Shown: positions 9,495 through 18,308 of the stretch, one piece after another
Layout: every line of letters starts with the position of its first letter
Numbering within the stretch: the stretch's first letter is position 1
Source: Bryobacteraceae bacterium
GTDB taxonomy: Bacteria; Acidobacteriota; Terriglobia; Bryobacterales; Bryobacteraceae
Assembly: GCA_050011295.1 (NCBI GenBank)
Contig: JBEKJJ010000003.1
Location: 14,406 to 78,405 of the forward strand
Direction: 5' to 3'
DNA length: 64,000 nt
Program-made: the position numbers and the translations under genes
Notes under the pieces: generated by a model
What the model was told of the DNA's origin: nothing
Database searches by the model: none
What the model saw: the letters and a program-made list of their open reading frames with translations, nothing else

Positions 9495-10167
9495 TATCCG
9501 TGATCCAACCATCCACGATGTTAATAACCCGGTTGCCGTACTCTGCGTTCCTCTCATTGTGGGTTACCTGGACAATGGTGGTGCCGCCTTCGTTCAGTTT
9601 TTTGAAGAGATCCATGATCTCTTTGCCTTGGCTGGAATGCAGGTTGCCGGTGGGTTCGTCGGCCAGAATGATTTTCGGGCTGGCTACAATGGCGCGCGCG
9701 ATGGCCACCAGTTGCTGTTGGCCGCCGGAGAGCTGATTGGGATACAGATCCTTTTTGCCGACGATCTGGAAGCGGTCCAGAACGTCGCAGACGATGCTGT
9801 CTCGTTCACCCTTTTTGATGTTGCGATAGGAGAGCGGAATGTCGAGGTTTTCGTAGACGGTGAGCGAATCCAGCAGATGATAGCTCTGAAATACGAAGCC
9901 GAAATATTTCTTGTACAGCTCCATGCGGTCTTTCTTGTTGAGCTTGTGGATGGCATGCTCTATCAGGTAATATTCGCCGGTCCAGGAGCTGTCGTGCATC
10001 CCGAGTAAGTGCAGCAGCGTGGATTTGCCCGCCCCGGAAGGTCCCATGATGGAGACAAATTCGCCTTCCTTGATTTCGGCGTTGATGCGGCGGAGTACAA
10101 AAGTCTTGGTCGGCCCGTGCTCGAAATATTTCTCGACGTTCCGAAGAGTGAGGATCGGTGAACTCAT
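9484..10167 (-). CDS. ABC transporter ATP-binding protein (MacB/LolD-type)
   Basis: 227 aa. Walker A GPSGAGKST, signature LSGGQQQ, Walker B ILADEPTGNL, H-loop VTHN. Confidence 0.92.
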   Translation of the reverse strand: MSSPILTLRNVEKYFEHGPTKTFVLRRINAEIKEGEFVSIMGPSGAGKSTLLHLLGMHDSSWTGEYYLIEHAIHKLNKKDRMELYKKYFGFVFQSYHLLDSLTVYENLDIPLSYRNIKKGERDSIVCDVLDRFQIVGKKDLYPNQLSGGQQQLVAIARAIVASPKIILADEPTGNLHSSQGKEIMDLFKKLNEGGTTIVQVTHNERNAEYGNRVINIVDGWITDTSS

Positions 10168-10190
10168 AGTGTATGTTTCAATTGTGACAG

Positions 10191-12575
10191 CTATTCATAT
10201 CGCAAAGCCACCATCGGATCAACCGAAGTCGCGCGGCGCGCGGGAACATAGGTAGCTGCTAGAGCAACCAGGATGAGCAGTACAGAAACCGCCGCGAAGG
10301 TGGCTGCGTCCGTCGGCTTCACGTCGAAGAGCAGGTTCTGCAGCACACGCGTAACGCCGATCGCGCCGGCCAAGCCAACCGCCACGCCTGTAAAAACCAG
10401 GAGTGCGCTTTTCAACATCACGGAACGGAAAATGTCGCTGCGCTGTGCTCCCAGTGCTACGCGAATTCCGATTTCGCGCGTGCGCTGCGCCACAGAATAA
10501 GCCATCACGCCGTAGATCCCGAGGCTGGCTAACAATAGCGCGATAGCTGAGAACGCCCCGAGCATGCGGGAATAAAAACGCGGCTGCGCGGTGGTCGCGC
10601 TGACAAGTTCGCCCATAGGCGCCATCAATTGAATGGGCTGATTCGGATCCACTTCGCGAAACCGGCTGCGCATCAGACTGGGCAGAGAGGAGGGATTTCC
10701 ACCACGCACGATGTAAGCCATGTGGAACAGGAAAAAAGGCCGGATGACTTGCGTCATCGGCTGGTAGACTGCAGCGACCGGTGTCTTCTCAGCCAGATTC
10801 TGCTGCTTCACGTCGTCTACCACGCCGACCACCGTGAGCCAATCCTGCGGCTTGGGATGATCTTCCAGCGTGACTCGTTTGCCGATTGGATTTCGATCGC
10901 CCCAAGCCCGGCGGGCGACGGACTCGGAAACGATGGCGACGCCGGGAGAGCCTTCGGTGTCACCATTGTCGAAGGAGCGGCCGCGCAGGAGCCGTATTCC
11001 CATGGCTCGGAAGTAGTCTGGAGTTACGCCCGGCTTGCTGACCTGGAGATGGGCCGCGGGGTAAGAATCGGCTTTCGTGTAGAAGTCGCCGCGAGCGAGA
11101 GCGTTGTCGAAAGGAAGCCAGTCTATGGCGCCGGCCGAGTTCACGCCGGGGAGTGCCGATAGCTTGTCGAGCACCTGTTTATGATACGCAACCAGTTGTT
11201 CAGCGCTCTGCTCTTCGTTGAACGGAAGATCGACAGTCAAAACAAACGTACTCTCCGGGTTGAAGCCGGGATTCACGGAGCGCAAACGGACGAAGCTTTT
11301 GATCATCAGTCCGGCGCCGATCAGCAACACCAGCGATAGCGCAATTTCACTCGCCACCAAGACGCTACGTAGCTCTTGCGCGCCCGTGATCCGTCGATCG
11401 TCCTGCTTGAGCGAACCTGCCAGCCGCGCTTTCGAGAGTTGCAGGGCAGGAGCAATTCCGAAAATCAAGCTCGTTGCGAGCGAGAGTAGAAACGCGAACA
11501 GCAGAACCTGGCTGTCGATTCCGACCTCGCCGAGCCGGGGAATCATTCCGTCCGGCACCAGATTCACCAGCAGGGGGACACCCCAGAACGCAATCAACAA
11601 CCCGAGTGCGCCGCCGCAGAGGGCCAGCAGGGAACTTTCGGTCAGCAGTTGCCGGATCAATCGGGCGCGGCTGGCTCCGAGCGAGGCCCGCACAGCCACT
11701 TCCTGACGCCGCGCGGCGCCGCGCGCCAGCAGCAGATTCGCGACATTGGCGCAGGCGATCAGCAGAATGAAACCGACGGCGCCGAGCAACACATAGAGCG
11801 AAGGCCGGATTTTCCCCACCAGGGATTCGTGCAGCGACACAACGCCCGCGCTTTCCGCCGCGTGCGGTTCCTTAGGTTGTAATCGCTGTGCGATGGCTTT
11901 GGTTTCCGCCCGCGCCTGATCGATGGAAACACCCGCGTTGAGTCGGCCGATAACGGTGTAAGCCCAACCGGCTCCAGGCTGGGGATTGACCACCAGCGGC
12001 GTCCAGACTTCGGCATCGGCTGGAAACGCGAATCCCGCCGACATCACGCCAAGGATGGTGCGGGGTGTACCGTCCAGTTTAACGATCTTGCCAAGAATGG
12101 ACTGGTCGGCGTTAAAGTGAGTGCGCCATAGCTTATCGCTGAGCACTGCTACGCTTTCCAGGTCGTCACCCTTGCGGAACGTGCGGCCGAGCGAAGCGTT
12201 CACGCCCAGGGCCGGCCAAAATCCAGTGGTGACTGCTTGGCCGTGTACAGGAATCGGCTCACCAAATCCAGTCAGGCTGCTAGCGCCTCCGCTGATCGCG
12301 CTGAGATTTTCGAACGCCGCGCTCTGTTTTTCGAATTCCACGAAGCTACGGTCGTCCATCGCGACGGAGTCCCCGAAGCGCGCCGTGTAGATCTGGCAAA
12401 TCTGTTCCGGATGCGGGAACGGCAACGGATGCAGCAGCACCGAGTTCACCACCGTGAAGATGGCGGAGTTCGCTCCGATTCCGAGCGCGAGGGCGAGCAG
12501 TGCGATGGCAGTAAAGGCCGGAGTTTTCCAGAGAGTTCGAATGGCAAATCGAACATCTTGAGCAAGAGCGTTCAT
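10191..12575 (-). CDS. ADOP-family duplicated FtsX/MacB-type ABC permease
   Basis: The ORF runs to a GTG at 12587. ATG 12575 (MNALAQDVRFAIRTLWKTPAFT) fits the family N-terminus and has GGAGG upstream. C-terminal SVDPMVALRYE. Confidence 0.9.
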   Translation of the reverse strand: MNALAQDVRFAIRTLWKTPAFTAIALLALALGIGANSAIFTVVNSVLLHPLPFPHPEQICQIYTARFGDSVAMDDRSFVEFEKQSAAFENLSAISGGASSLTGFGEPIPVHGQAVTTGFWPALGVNASLGRTFRKGDDLESVAVLSDKLWRTHFNADQSILGKIVKLDGTPRTILGVMSAGFAFPADAEVWTPLVVNPQPGAGWAYTVIGRLNAGVSIDQARAETKAIAQRLQPKEPHAAESAGVVSLHESLVGKIRPSLYVLLGAVGFILLIACANVANLLLARGAARRQEVAVRASLGASRARLIRQLLTESSLLALCGGALGLLIAFWGVPLLVNLVPDGMIPRLGEVGIDSQVLLFAFLLSLATSLIFGIAPALQLSKARLAGSLKQDDRRITGAQELRSVLVASEIALSLVLLIGAGLMIKSFVRLRSVNPGFNPESTFVLTVDLPFNEEQSAEQLVAYHKQVLDKLSALPGVNSAGAIDWLPFDNALARGDFYTKADSYPAAHLQVSKPGVTPDYFRAMGIRLLRGRSFDNGDTEGSPGVAIVSESVARRAWGDRNPIGKRVTLEDHPKPQDWLTVVGVVDDVKQQNLAEKTPVAAVYQPMTQVIRPFFLFHMAYIVRGGNPSSLPSLMRSRFREVDPNQPIQLMAPMGELVSATTAQPRFYSRMLGAFSAIALLLASLGIYGVMAYSVAQRTREIGIRVALGAQRSDIFRSVMLKSALLVFTGVAVGLAGAIGVTRVLQNLLFDVKPTDAATFAAVSVLLILVALAATYVPARRATSVDPMVALRYE

Positions 12576-12622
12576 GACGGGACACACCTCCAGCGCTTAG
12601 TTGCGCGCGGCTCAGTCACAGC

Positions 12623-12823
12623 TTACTGATTCAGGATATAGGCGATACGCGAAAGAACTTCGTTCTCGATCTGGAGCGGACAAGAATTCACGCTGACGGC
12701 GTTTTGCATCTGGACTGAATCCATCGCATCCGCTGGAAATCTCAAAGACGCCATCTTCGAGAATCCCAGCATCACCAAGGCAATCAAGAATACTGCTAAA
12801 AAATCGACGTTCCGGCCAGACAT
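12623..12823 (-). CDS. Small hypothetical membrane protein
   Basis: 66-aa ORF with one hydrophobic helix (FLAVFLIALVMLGF). Its ATG overlaps the ATPase TAA by 1 nt (TAATG). The segment is AT-richer than its neighbours. No recognisable family. Confidence 0.3.
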   Translation of the reverse strand: MSGRNVDFLAVFLIALVMLGFSKMASLRFPADAMDSVQMQNAVSVNSCPLQIENEVLSRIAYILNQ

Positions 12824-13524
12824 TACGCTACTCCCACGCTCTCTTCCACAATCCTTCCGTCAAAGAGGCGGATGGTACGATCGGCATACCGGGCATACCG
12901 GGGATCGTGGGTTACCATGCAAATGGTTGCGCCGCCGCGATGCAGTTCGCGCAGCAATTCCATAACAGCTTCGCCATTGGTGGAATCCAAGTTTCCAGTC
13001 GGCTCGTCCGCCAGCAGGATGGAAGGATCGCCCGCCAACGCTCGCGCCACCGCGACGCGCTGCTGCTGACCTCCCGATAGCTGGGACGGATAATGCTTGA
13101 TGCGATGCGACATGCCCACGCGCTCCAGCGCATCGTGAACGCGCTTCTTGCGCTCGGCCGACGGCATTCCGCGATAGGTGAGCGGCAGTTCGACGTTTTC
13201 GTAGACCGTCAAGTCGCCGATCAGATTGAACGCCTGGAAAATGAACCCGATTTCGCGATTGCGGATGCGGGCGCGCTCGGAGAGCTTCAAGCCCTGCACC
13301 TGCTTGCCATTCAACACGTACGACCCATCGCTGGGTGAATCCAGCAATCCCAAAATGGCGAGCAGCGTAGATTTGCCGCAGCCCGAGGGTCCCGCGATGG
13401 AGAGATACTCGCCCTTCTTGATGTGCAGATGAATGCCGGCGAGGGCATGCGTCTCCACCTCGTCGGTGACAAATACTTTCGTCACTGCATCCAAGCTAAT
13501 TAAAGCATCTGGGTCGTTTGCCAT
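12823..13524 (-). CDS. ABC transporter ATP-binding protein (MacB-type)
   Basis: 233 aa. Walker A GPSGCGKST, signature LSGGQQQR, Walker B LLADEPTGNLD, H-loop VTHD. Confidence 0.92.
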   Translation of the reverse strand: MANDPDALISLDAVTKVFVTDEVETHALAGIHLHIKKGEYLSIAGPSGCGKSTLLAILGLLDSPSDGSYVLNGKQVQGLKLSERARIRNREIGFIFQAFNLIGDLTVYENVELPLTYRGMPSAERKKRVHDALERVGMSHRIKHYPSQLSGGQQQRVAVARALAGDPSILLADEPTGNLDSTNGEAVMELLRELHRGGATICMVTHDPRYARYADRTIRLFDGRIVEESVGVA

Positions 13525-13540
13525 GAATTGATCCCTTTCC

Positions 13541-14809
13541 TTAATTCAGCCGGATGCGATTATAGGCATCCTGAGCCGACATATCAGACAATACTACCTG
13601 ATCTCCCACTTTCAATCCAGCCATGACTTGGATCGTGTTCACGGAGCTGACTCCCAATGTTACGGGAACACGCGTTGCTTCTTTACCATCCGCGTCTAGC
13701 TTGAACAACGTGATCTTGGCGTTCGGCTGGCCAATCACTGGCCGTCCCACGTAAACGACGTCAGCCAGACGCTCAATTGTTATATTTCCATCCACACTCA
13801 AATCGGGACGCATGCCGTCCGCATGTCCCTCCAGTTTGACGTCGACATCCACCGTTCCGTTGGTAGAAGCGGGATCAATTCGCGTCACATGGCCAGGAAT
13901 AATTCCGTTGCGTGTGTCGATCTGCGCCACTTGCCCGATCGCGACGTCTTTAGCTTGCGTTTCGGGGATCTTGAGAGTAGCCTTCAGCCGGTTGGGCTGT
14001 GCGATTTTCGCTAGGATGGTCCCCGGCTGAACGCGCATGCCTTGTTCCAGCGGCAACGCGGTGGTGCCCAACTGTTGCAGCGTGCCTTCGACACCGGCGC
14101 GGATGGTTAGCTCGGCAACCTGTTCCTTCTTGAGTTTGTATTTCTCGTTCAAGTTCGCAATCGCCACTCTCTGGTTTTCGAGCTGCGCCTTGACCGATTC
14201 ATTATTGATATCCAACTGCTTCTTCGAAAGGGTGTAGCGATTTTTCAAATCTTGCCATTTTGCCGCTGAGAGTTTGGCGTCGATATCCGACTTCAAGTCC
14301 AGCTTATTGAGCTGCTTGTCGCGGTCCGCCTGCAACTCGGCCTGATTCATATCCGACTGAACCTGCTCGGTAATCGCCTCTTGTGCCAGACGCGCTGTTT
14401 CGAGCGTCACCTTCAAATTGTCGTACACGGCCTGCGCTTGTTTGATCTGCGCATCCAGATCCGCCACGTCCTGCTCCATCTGCGGATTCTTGAGGATCAT
14501 GATCACGTCGTTGGGGTGGAGCTTGGCGCCAGGGAGAAAGTTGAGTTTGTCCACGCGGCTCTCGAACTGAGCGGGAATCCAGTTGTACTCTTCAACCACT
14601 AGCGTGCCTAAACCGCGCACTTCGCGCAGCATTGGGCCGCGCTTGACGCTGTCAATCCAGACCGTGGCCCGATCCACCGAGGGGGCAGCCGGCTTCAGGC
14701 GGGAAAGACCCCATGTTATCAATGGGATCGCCGCTACGATCACGGCGATCAGCGCGATTCTCTTAATCAGCTTCTTACGTGCGACTTCTTTACCGCGAGG
14801 GACGTCCAT
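13541..14809 (-). CDS. Efflux periplasmic adaptor (HlyD/MacA-like membrane fusion protein)
   Basis: N-terminal TM helix (IALIAVIVAAIPLI), a long coiled-coil hairpin, and C-terminal beta-barrel/MP-domain motifs. ATG 14809 with GGGAG upstream is preferred, because the ORF-track TTG start (14836) lies inside the promoter element. Confidence 0.85.
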   Translation of the reverse strand: MDVPRGKEVARKKLIKRIALIAVIVAAIPLITWGLSRLKPAAPSVDRATVWIDSVKRGPMLREVRGLGTLVVEEYNWIPAQFESRVDKLNFLPGAKLHPNDVIMILKNPQMEQDVADLDAQIKQAQAVYDNLKVTLETARLAQEAITEQVQSDMNQAELQADRDKQLNKLDLKSDIDAKLSAAKWQDLKNRYTLSKKQLDINNESVKAQLENQRVAIANLNEKYKLKKEQVAELTIRAGVEGTLQQLGTTALPLEQGMRVQPGTILAKIAQPNRLKATLKIPETQAKDVAIGQVAQIDTRNGIIPGHVTRIDPASTNGTVDVDVKLEGHADGMRPDLSVDGNITIERLADVVYVGRPVIGQPNAKITLFKLDADGKEATRVPVTLGVSSVNTIQVMAGLKVGDQVVLSDMSAQDAYNRIRLN

Positions 14810-14832
14810 GGAGTTTCTCCCAATACTGGTGG

Positions 14833-14847
14833 GCAACTACCCTGCCA
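14833..14847 (-). promoter_or_regulatory. Candidate sigma-54 -24/-12 promoter of the efflux cluster
   Basis: The minus strand reads TTGGCAGGGTAGTTGCC, then 9 nt, GGGAGAAACTCC, then ATG(14809). This gives TGGCAG-N5-TTGC. Confidence 0.55.
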
Positions 14848-15002
14848 ATACCAATCTTACTGAAAAATAAGGGCTAAAAGCTTGTCTAAGCTGGCCATCT
14901 GTCCGTTTGTGGGATGTCTGTGTACGCGCTGGGACATGAATCGATTTAAGCAAAACGAACCCAACGGGCAGTTAGGCTCCAGCCTCAACTTCAATATTAC
15001 AC

Positions 15003-15257
15003 CTACGTCAACAAATCGGGCATCTCTGGCCGCAGCGGTGGCGCCTTGAGATTGGCTGCGGCTGGTGTTTCGATCGGATTGGTCAGAGTTTTCAAAATTC
15101 CGGGCTGAAACAAGTAAAACCGGATTCTGCAGACGTAACAGCGCTGCGGATGAACCCCTAGCTTTCGGAGAATCCAATCTTTACGCAGCCGGAGCGCCGA
15201 ACTCCGAAAGGACTGGCAACCGCAACGTGGACAAGAATAGATGACGTGAACTCGCAT
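15003..15257 (-). CDS. Small zinc-ribbon-like protein (two CxxC pairs)
   Basis: MRVHVIYSCPRCGCQSFRSSALRLRKDWILRKLGVHPQRCYVCRIRFY carries CPRC...CYVC. Start taken at the internal ATG of the 108-aa ORF. Divergent from the TonB-like gene. Confidence 0.4.
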   Translation of the reverse strand: MRVHVIYSCPRCGCQSFRSSALRLRKDWILRKLGVHPQRCYVCRIRFYLFQPGILKTLTNPIETPAAANLKAPPLRPEMPDLLT

Positions 15258-15596
15258 GGGGAAGGTCCCGGCGCAGAGAGCAATCTGTTTGCCGCCCTGA
15301 ATTATAAACCGGCAAGCGATTGGAAACAAGTGCTTTCTTTCGGTGCTTTCTTTCGGTGTGAGGAGCTTCGGAAGCGATGCGTATTCTATCTTTCAGGATA
15401 GTGATGGTAACCCGTTGGATAGAACCTCCTGTTCCCTTCTCCTCCCGTCGATTGATACACAAATGGAGGCCTGAGATCGCTCCTTGGATTGGAGTCTGCT
15501 ATTCTGCTGTTTGGACGGCTCACAGCCGAGCCGCCACACTCCAGACCTCGTGAAATGGCGTTCCGGATACTGATTCCCTGGAGCAATTCGGATAGG

Positions 15597-17105
15597 ATGC
15601 AAATTGGGCTGGTAAAGCAGGAGTATCGGATAAGGCCTCGGTCGTTCGTCTTTTCGGTGGGATTCCACTGCCTGGTAGTCGCAGCGCTCTTCCTGATTCC
15701 GGCTTATACGAACTCCGAGCCCCAAAGGCCCATTTACGACGAGCTGGTTCATCCGGAGGCGCACAAGATCATTTGGTATGACTTTCGCAAGCCGCTTCCC
15801 GATGTGGATGCCGCCAAGCGAGTAGGCACATTCCCGAAGCCGCGCGGCAGGGAACTATCGCGGGAAGCGATCATTGCAACGTCTCCGCAAGCGAAGTCTT
15901 CCAAGCAATTCATTTGGCAACCGGTACCTAAGATCGAGATTCGCCACGACGTGCCTGCGCCGAACGTGGTGGCCCGGATGAACACGGCGGTTGTAGCGCC
16001 GCCCCCGGAGCCGAAAAAAGAAGTGCGGCCGGAGATTGAGGCGCCGCGCGCACCTGAACTCAACACCTCGCCACAAAATCCGAATGGCGATTTGAAGCGC
16101 GCGCTGGAGGCCAATCAAGCCATCGCGATTCCCAAACCCCGCAAAGCTTTTGTGCCTCCGCCTCCCCAGCCCGCTCGGCAGGCTCGGTTGACTGTTCCGG
16201 TCCAGCCGGCGGATGTCGCTCTTCCCGACGCGTCTATCGTAGGCAGTCCGAATATCCGGAACTCTTTGCCGGCGGGCATCGGCGCGCCGTCGTTTTCGCA
16301 AGGCGCCGCGCCGCCTCCCAATGGCCCTCCGGGGCCCACCAACAGCGCCGGCGACGCTAAGGCGGATATTGCCGTAGCCAGTCTGCATCCTTCCAACGGT
16401 CCCGTGCCGGAGGGAACGCGTGGCGGGCAGTTCTCTAAGGCTCCTACCCTAGGTGAGCCAGCCACTGGGGAAGTGACCGGGGCGGGTTTGACAGTGCCGA
16501 ACCTCACGATAAAGGAGGATCGGAGTAAGCCTGCGCCGCCTCCACAGCTTTGGAAGGCCACAATGTATGCGGACAAGATTCGAAGCATGCCGGTGTCGAC
16601 GTTATCGGTTCCTTTGCGCGCGGGCTCCCGTACTGTTCCAAGAGCCATCGATGCCCGCTTCCAAGGGCGCGATGTCTATACGATGGTAATCCCGATTGAG
16701 AATCTTCCAAGATACTCGGGCGATTGGATTCTTTGGTTCGCCGAGCGGGATCAAAAGCCCGGGGACCGTCCGTCCTTGCGGTCTCCCATCCCCTTTCGGA
16801 AGGTGGAGCCTCTGGAAGAGCCGCTGGCCGGTACCCGCACGGAGTTTCGCGTCCAGATTGCGGCCCTCATAAGAAAGGACGGCAAGATTGAGGGCATATC
16901 GCTGCTTCGCAACGTCGCACCCGCACTGGATCAAGCGGTAATGCGGGATGTCGCAGCCTGGGAATTCAAGCCCGCCATGCGCGATGGAGCACCAGTGGAT
17001 GTAGATGTCGTTATCGAGATTCCCTTCAGCCTACCGCCGGAGATCGCCCGGCGTGTTAGCACTGACGAGAAGCCTACAACCACGCCGCATGGAGTGGGAC
17101 GTTAG
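15597..17105 (+). CDS. TonB-family energy transducer-like protein
   Basis: N-terminal TM helix (FVFSVGFHCLVVAALFLIP), long Pro-rich spacer, and a C-terminal TonB_C-like domain (RVQIAALIRKDGKIEGISLLRNVAPALDQAVMRDVAAWEFKPAMRDGAPVDVDVVIEIPF). Start is uncertain: 15489, 15555 or 15597. Confidence 0.7.
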   Translation: MQIGLVKQEYRIRPRSFVFSVGFHCLVVAALFLIPAYTNSEPQRPIYDELVHPEAHKIIWYDFRKPLPDVDAAKRVGTFPKPRGRELSREAIIATSPQAKSSKQFIWQPVPKIEIRHDVPAPNVVARMNTAVVAPPPEPKKEVRPEIEAPRAPELNTSPQNPNGDLKRALEANQAIAIPKPRKAFVPPPPQPARQARLTVPVQPADVALPDASIVGSPNIRNSLPAGIGAPSFSQGAAPPPNGPPGPTNSAGDAKADIAVASLHPSNGPVPEGTRGGQFSKAPTLGEPATGEVTGAGLTVPNLTIKEDRSKPAPPPQLWKATMYADKIRSMPVSTLSVPLRAGSRTVPRAIDARFQGRDVYTMVIPIENLPRYSGDWILWFAERDQKPGDRPSLRSPIPFRKVEPLEEPLAGTRTEFRVQIAALIRKDGKIEGISLLRNVAPALDQAVMRDVAAWEFKPAMRDGAPVDVDVVIEIPFSLPPEIARRVSTDEKPTTTPHGVGR

Positions 17106-17169
17106 AACTCACCAAGTAGCATCGCTAGCTTAGAACCCCGTTAGCTTAGAACCTCGTCACTTTAGAACC
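17102..17169. repeat. TTAGAACC direct repeats (four copies, three in 16-nt register)
   Basis: TTAGAACY occurs at 17102, 17130, 17146 and 17162. The last three sit in a TAGCTTAGAACCYCGT-type 16-mer tandem, about 100-160 nt upstream of PEP-CTERM gene 1. Confidence 0.7.
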
Positions 17170-17263
17170 CCTCGTACCGGTACTGAAATTCGCGTAGCAC
17201 TACTTAAGTTTGATATCTACGTACCTAGTTTGTAGTCTACCTTGCAGAAAGCGAGGAACGCAG

Positions 17264-18031
17264 ATGCGTTTGTTCTGGACTACTATAGCCGTGTTGTTTT
17301 TGGCCATTGCGGCCGAAGCCAATCCGGTCGAATTCGATACGCAGTCATACAACTTTGCACTGATGGGAGGCGGAGGCGGCCTTTCGGGCGTGCTGGATTC
17401 CGACCTTAGTGTCGAATCTTTTTGCGACAACTTTAATAATCATATCGACGTTCCGCATACGGGTTATTCCGCCTTTCTGTCAACGCTAACGAACGGTTCA
17501 GACCTTAGTCATACACGGTTCGGATCCAACTCGAGCTGGCAGACGGTTACCATTAACGACGGCGACTCCAACGATGCCACAGACGCAGCGATCATCAATG
17601 GCGCGAATGCGCTGGCGCGATATCAGATGGCAGCTTTTCTGGTTTCTGAATATCAAACTAACCAAGGCAGCAACGCCACCAACAATGGCATTCAGGGAGC
17701 CATTTGGGACATTCTCGATCCGTCCAGTTCCCCGGCAGCGCCCACGTTAGCGGATGCATCCGAAGCTTTGGAACAGGCGGCGGAATGGTACGCCAACCCA
17801 AACGCAAACAAATCGCTTCTCGCCGACTTCCTGATCGTGAGCGATTCGACCATGACTTCGAACGGAATCGGGAATCCTTTAGCGGGCGGATTCCAGGAAC
17901 AGCTCGTCATGCTGAACCCGGCGCCCGAGCCGCGCACCTTAGCGTGGAATCTGGTGGGTTCGTTGTGCGTGGTTGGCTGGCAGCGTCGTCGGCTGCGGTT
18001 GTTACGAAATTGTGAATGGCATGAAGGCTGA
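17264..18031 (+). CDS. PEP-CTERM sorting-domain secreted protein
   Basis: Signal peptide MRLFWTTIAVLFLAIAAEA. The C-terminus NPAPEPRTLAWNLVGSLCVVGWQRRR gives a PEP motif, a TM helix and a basic cluster. GAGGA lies 6 nt before the ATG. The region is AT-richer than its neighbours. Confidence 0.7.
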   Translation: MRLFWTTIAVLFLAIAAEANPVEFDTQSYNFALMGGGGGLSGVLDSDLSVESFCDNFNNHIDVPHTGYSAFLSTLTNGSDLSHTRFGSNSSWQTVTINDGDSNDATDAAIINGANALARYQMAAFLVSEYQTNQGSNATNNGIQGAIWDILDPSSSPAAPTLADASEALEQAAEWYANPNANKSLLADFLIVSDSTMTSNGIGNPLAGGFQEQLVMLNPAPEPRTLAWNLVGSLCVVGWQRRRLRLLRNCEWHEG

Positions 18032-18308
18032 AATGCTAACGTTGCTCGAAAGCAGGGGTACCGAAGTGATTGTTTCCAGGGGACCTATCCAACTGTTGCA
18101 CCCCAGGTACCGGTACCTGCAGCGGGTGACCGTACTAGTACGCACTAGACCGAATTCACCTGGTTTTAGGTGTCTTTCAAGTGCCAAATAGAGTAAGCTA
18201 AAGCTCTACGACTTAGGCATAACCCAGAGTGGACCTGAGTCGGCGTCCGAGGGACCAAGAAGGTATTCTCTCTACCACGCCAGGAGACCGAGGCTGGAGG
18301 AGTAGTTC

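Noticed and set aside
15397-15415. Fur-box-like GATAGTGATGGTAACCCGT in the divergent promoter region of the TonB-like gene
   Set aside because: It matches only about 10 of 19 positions of the GATAATGATAATCATTATC consensus and lacks dyad symmetry.
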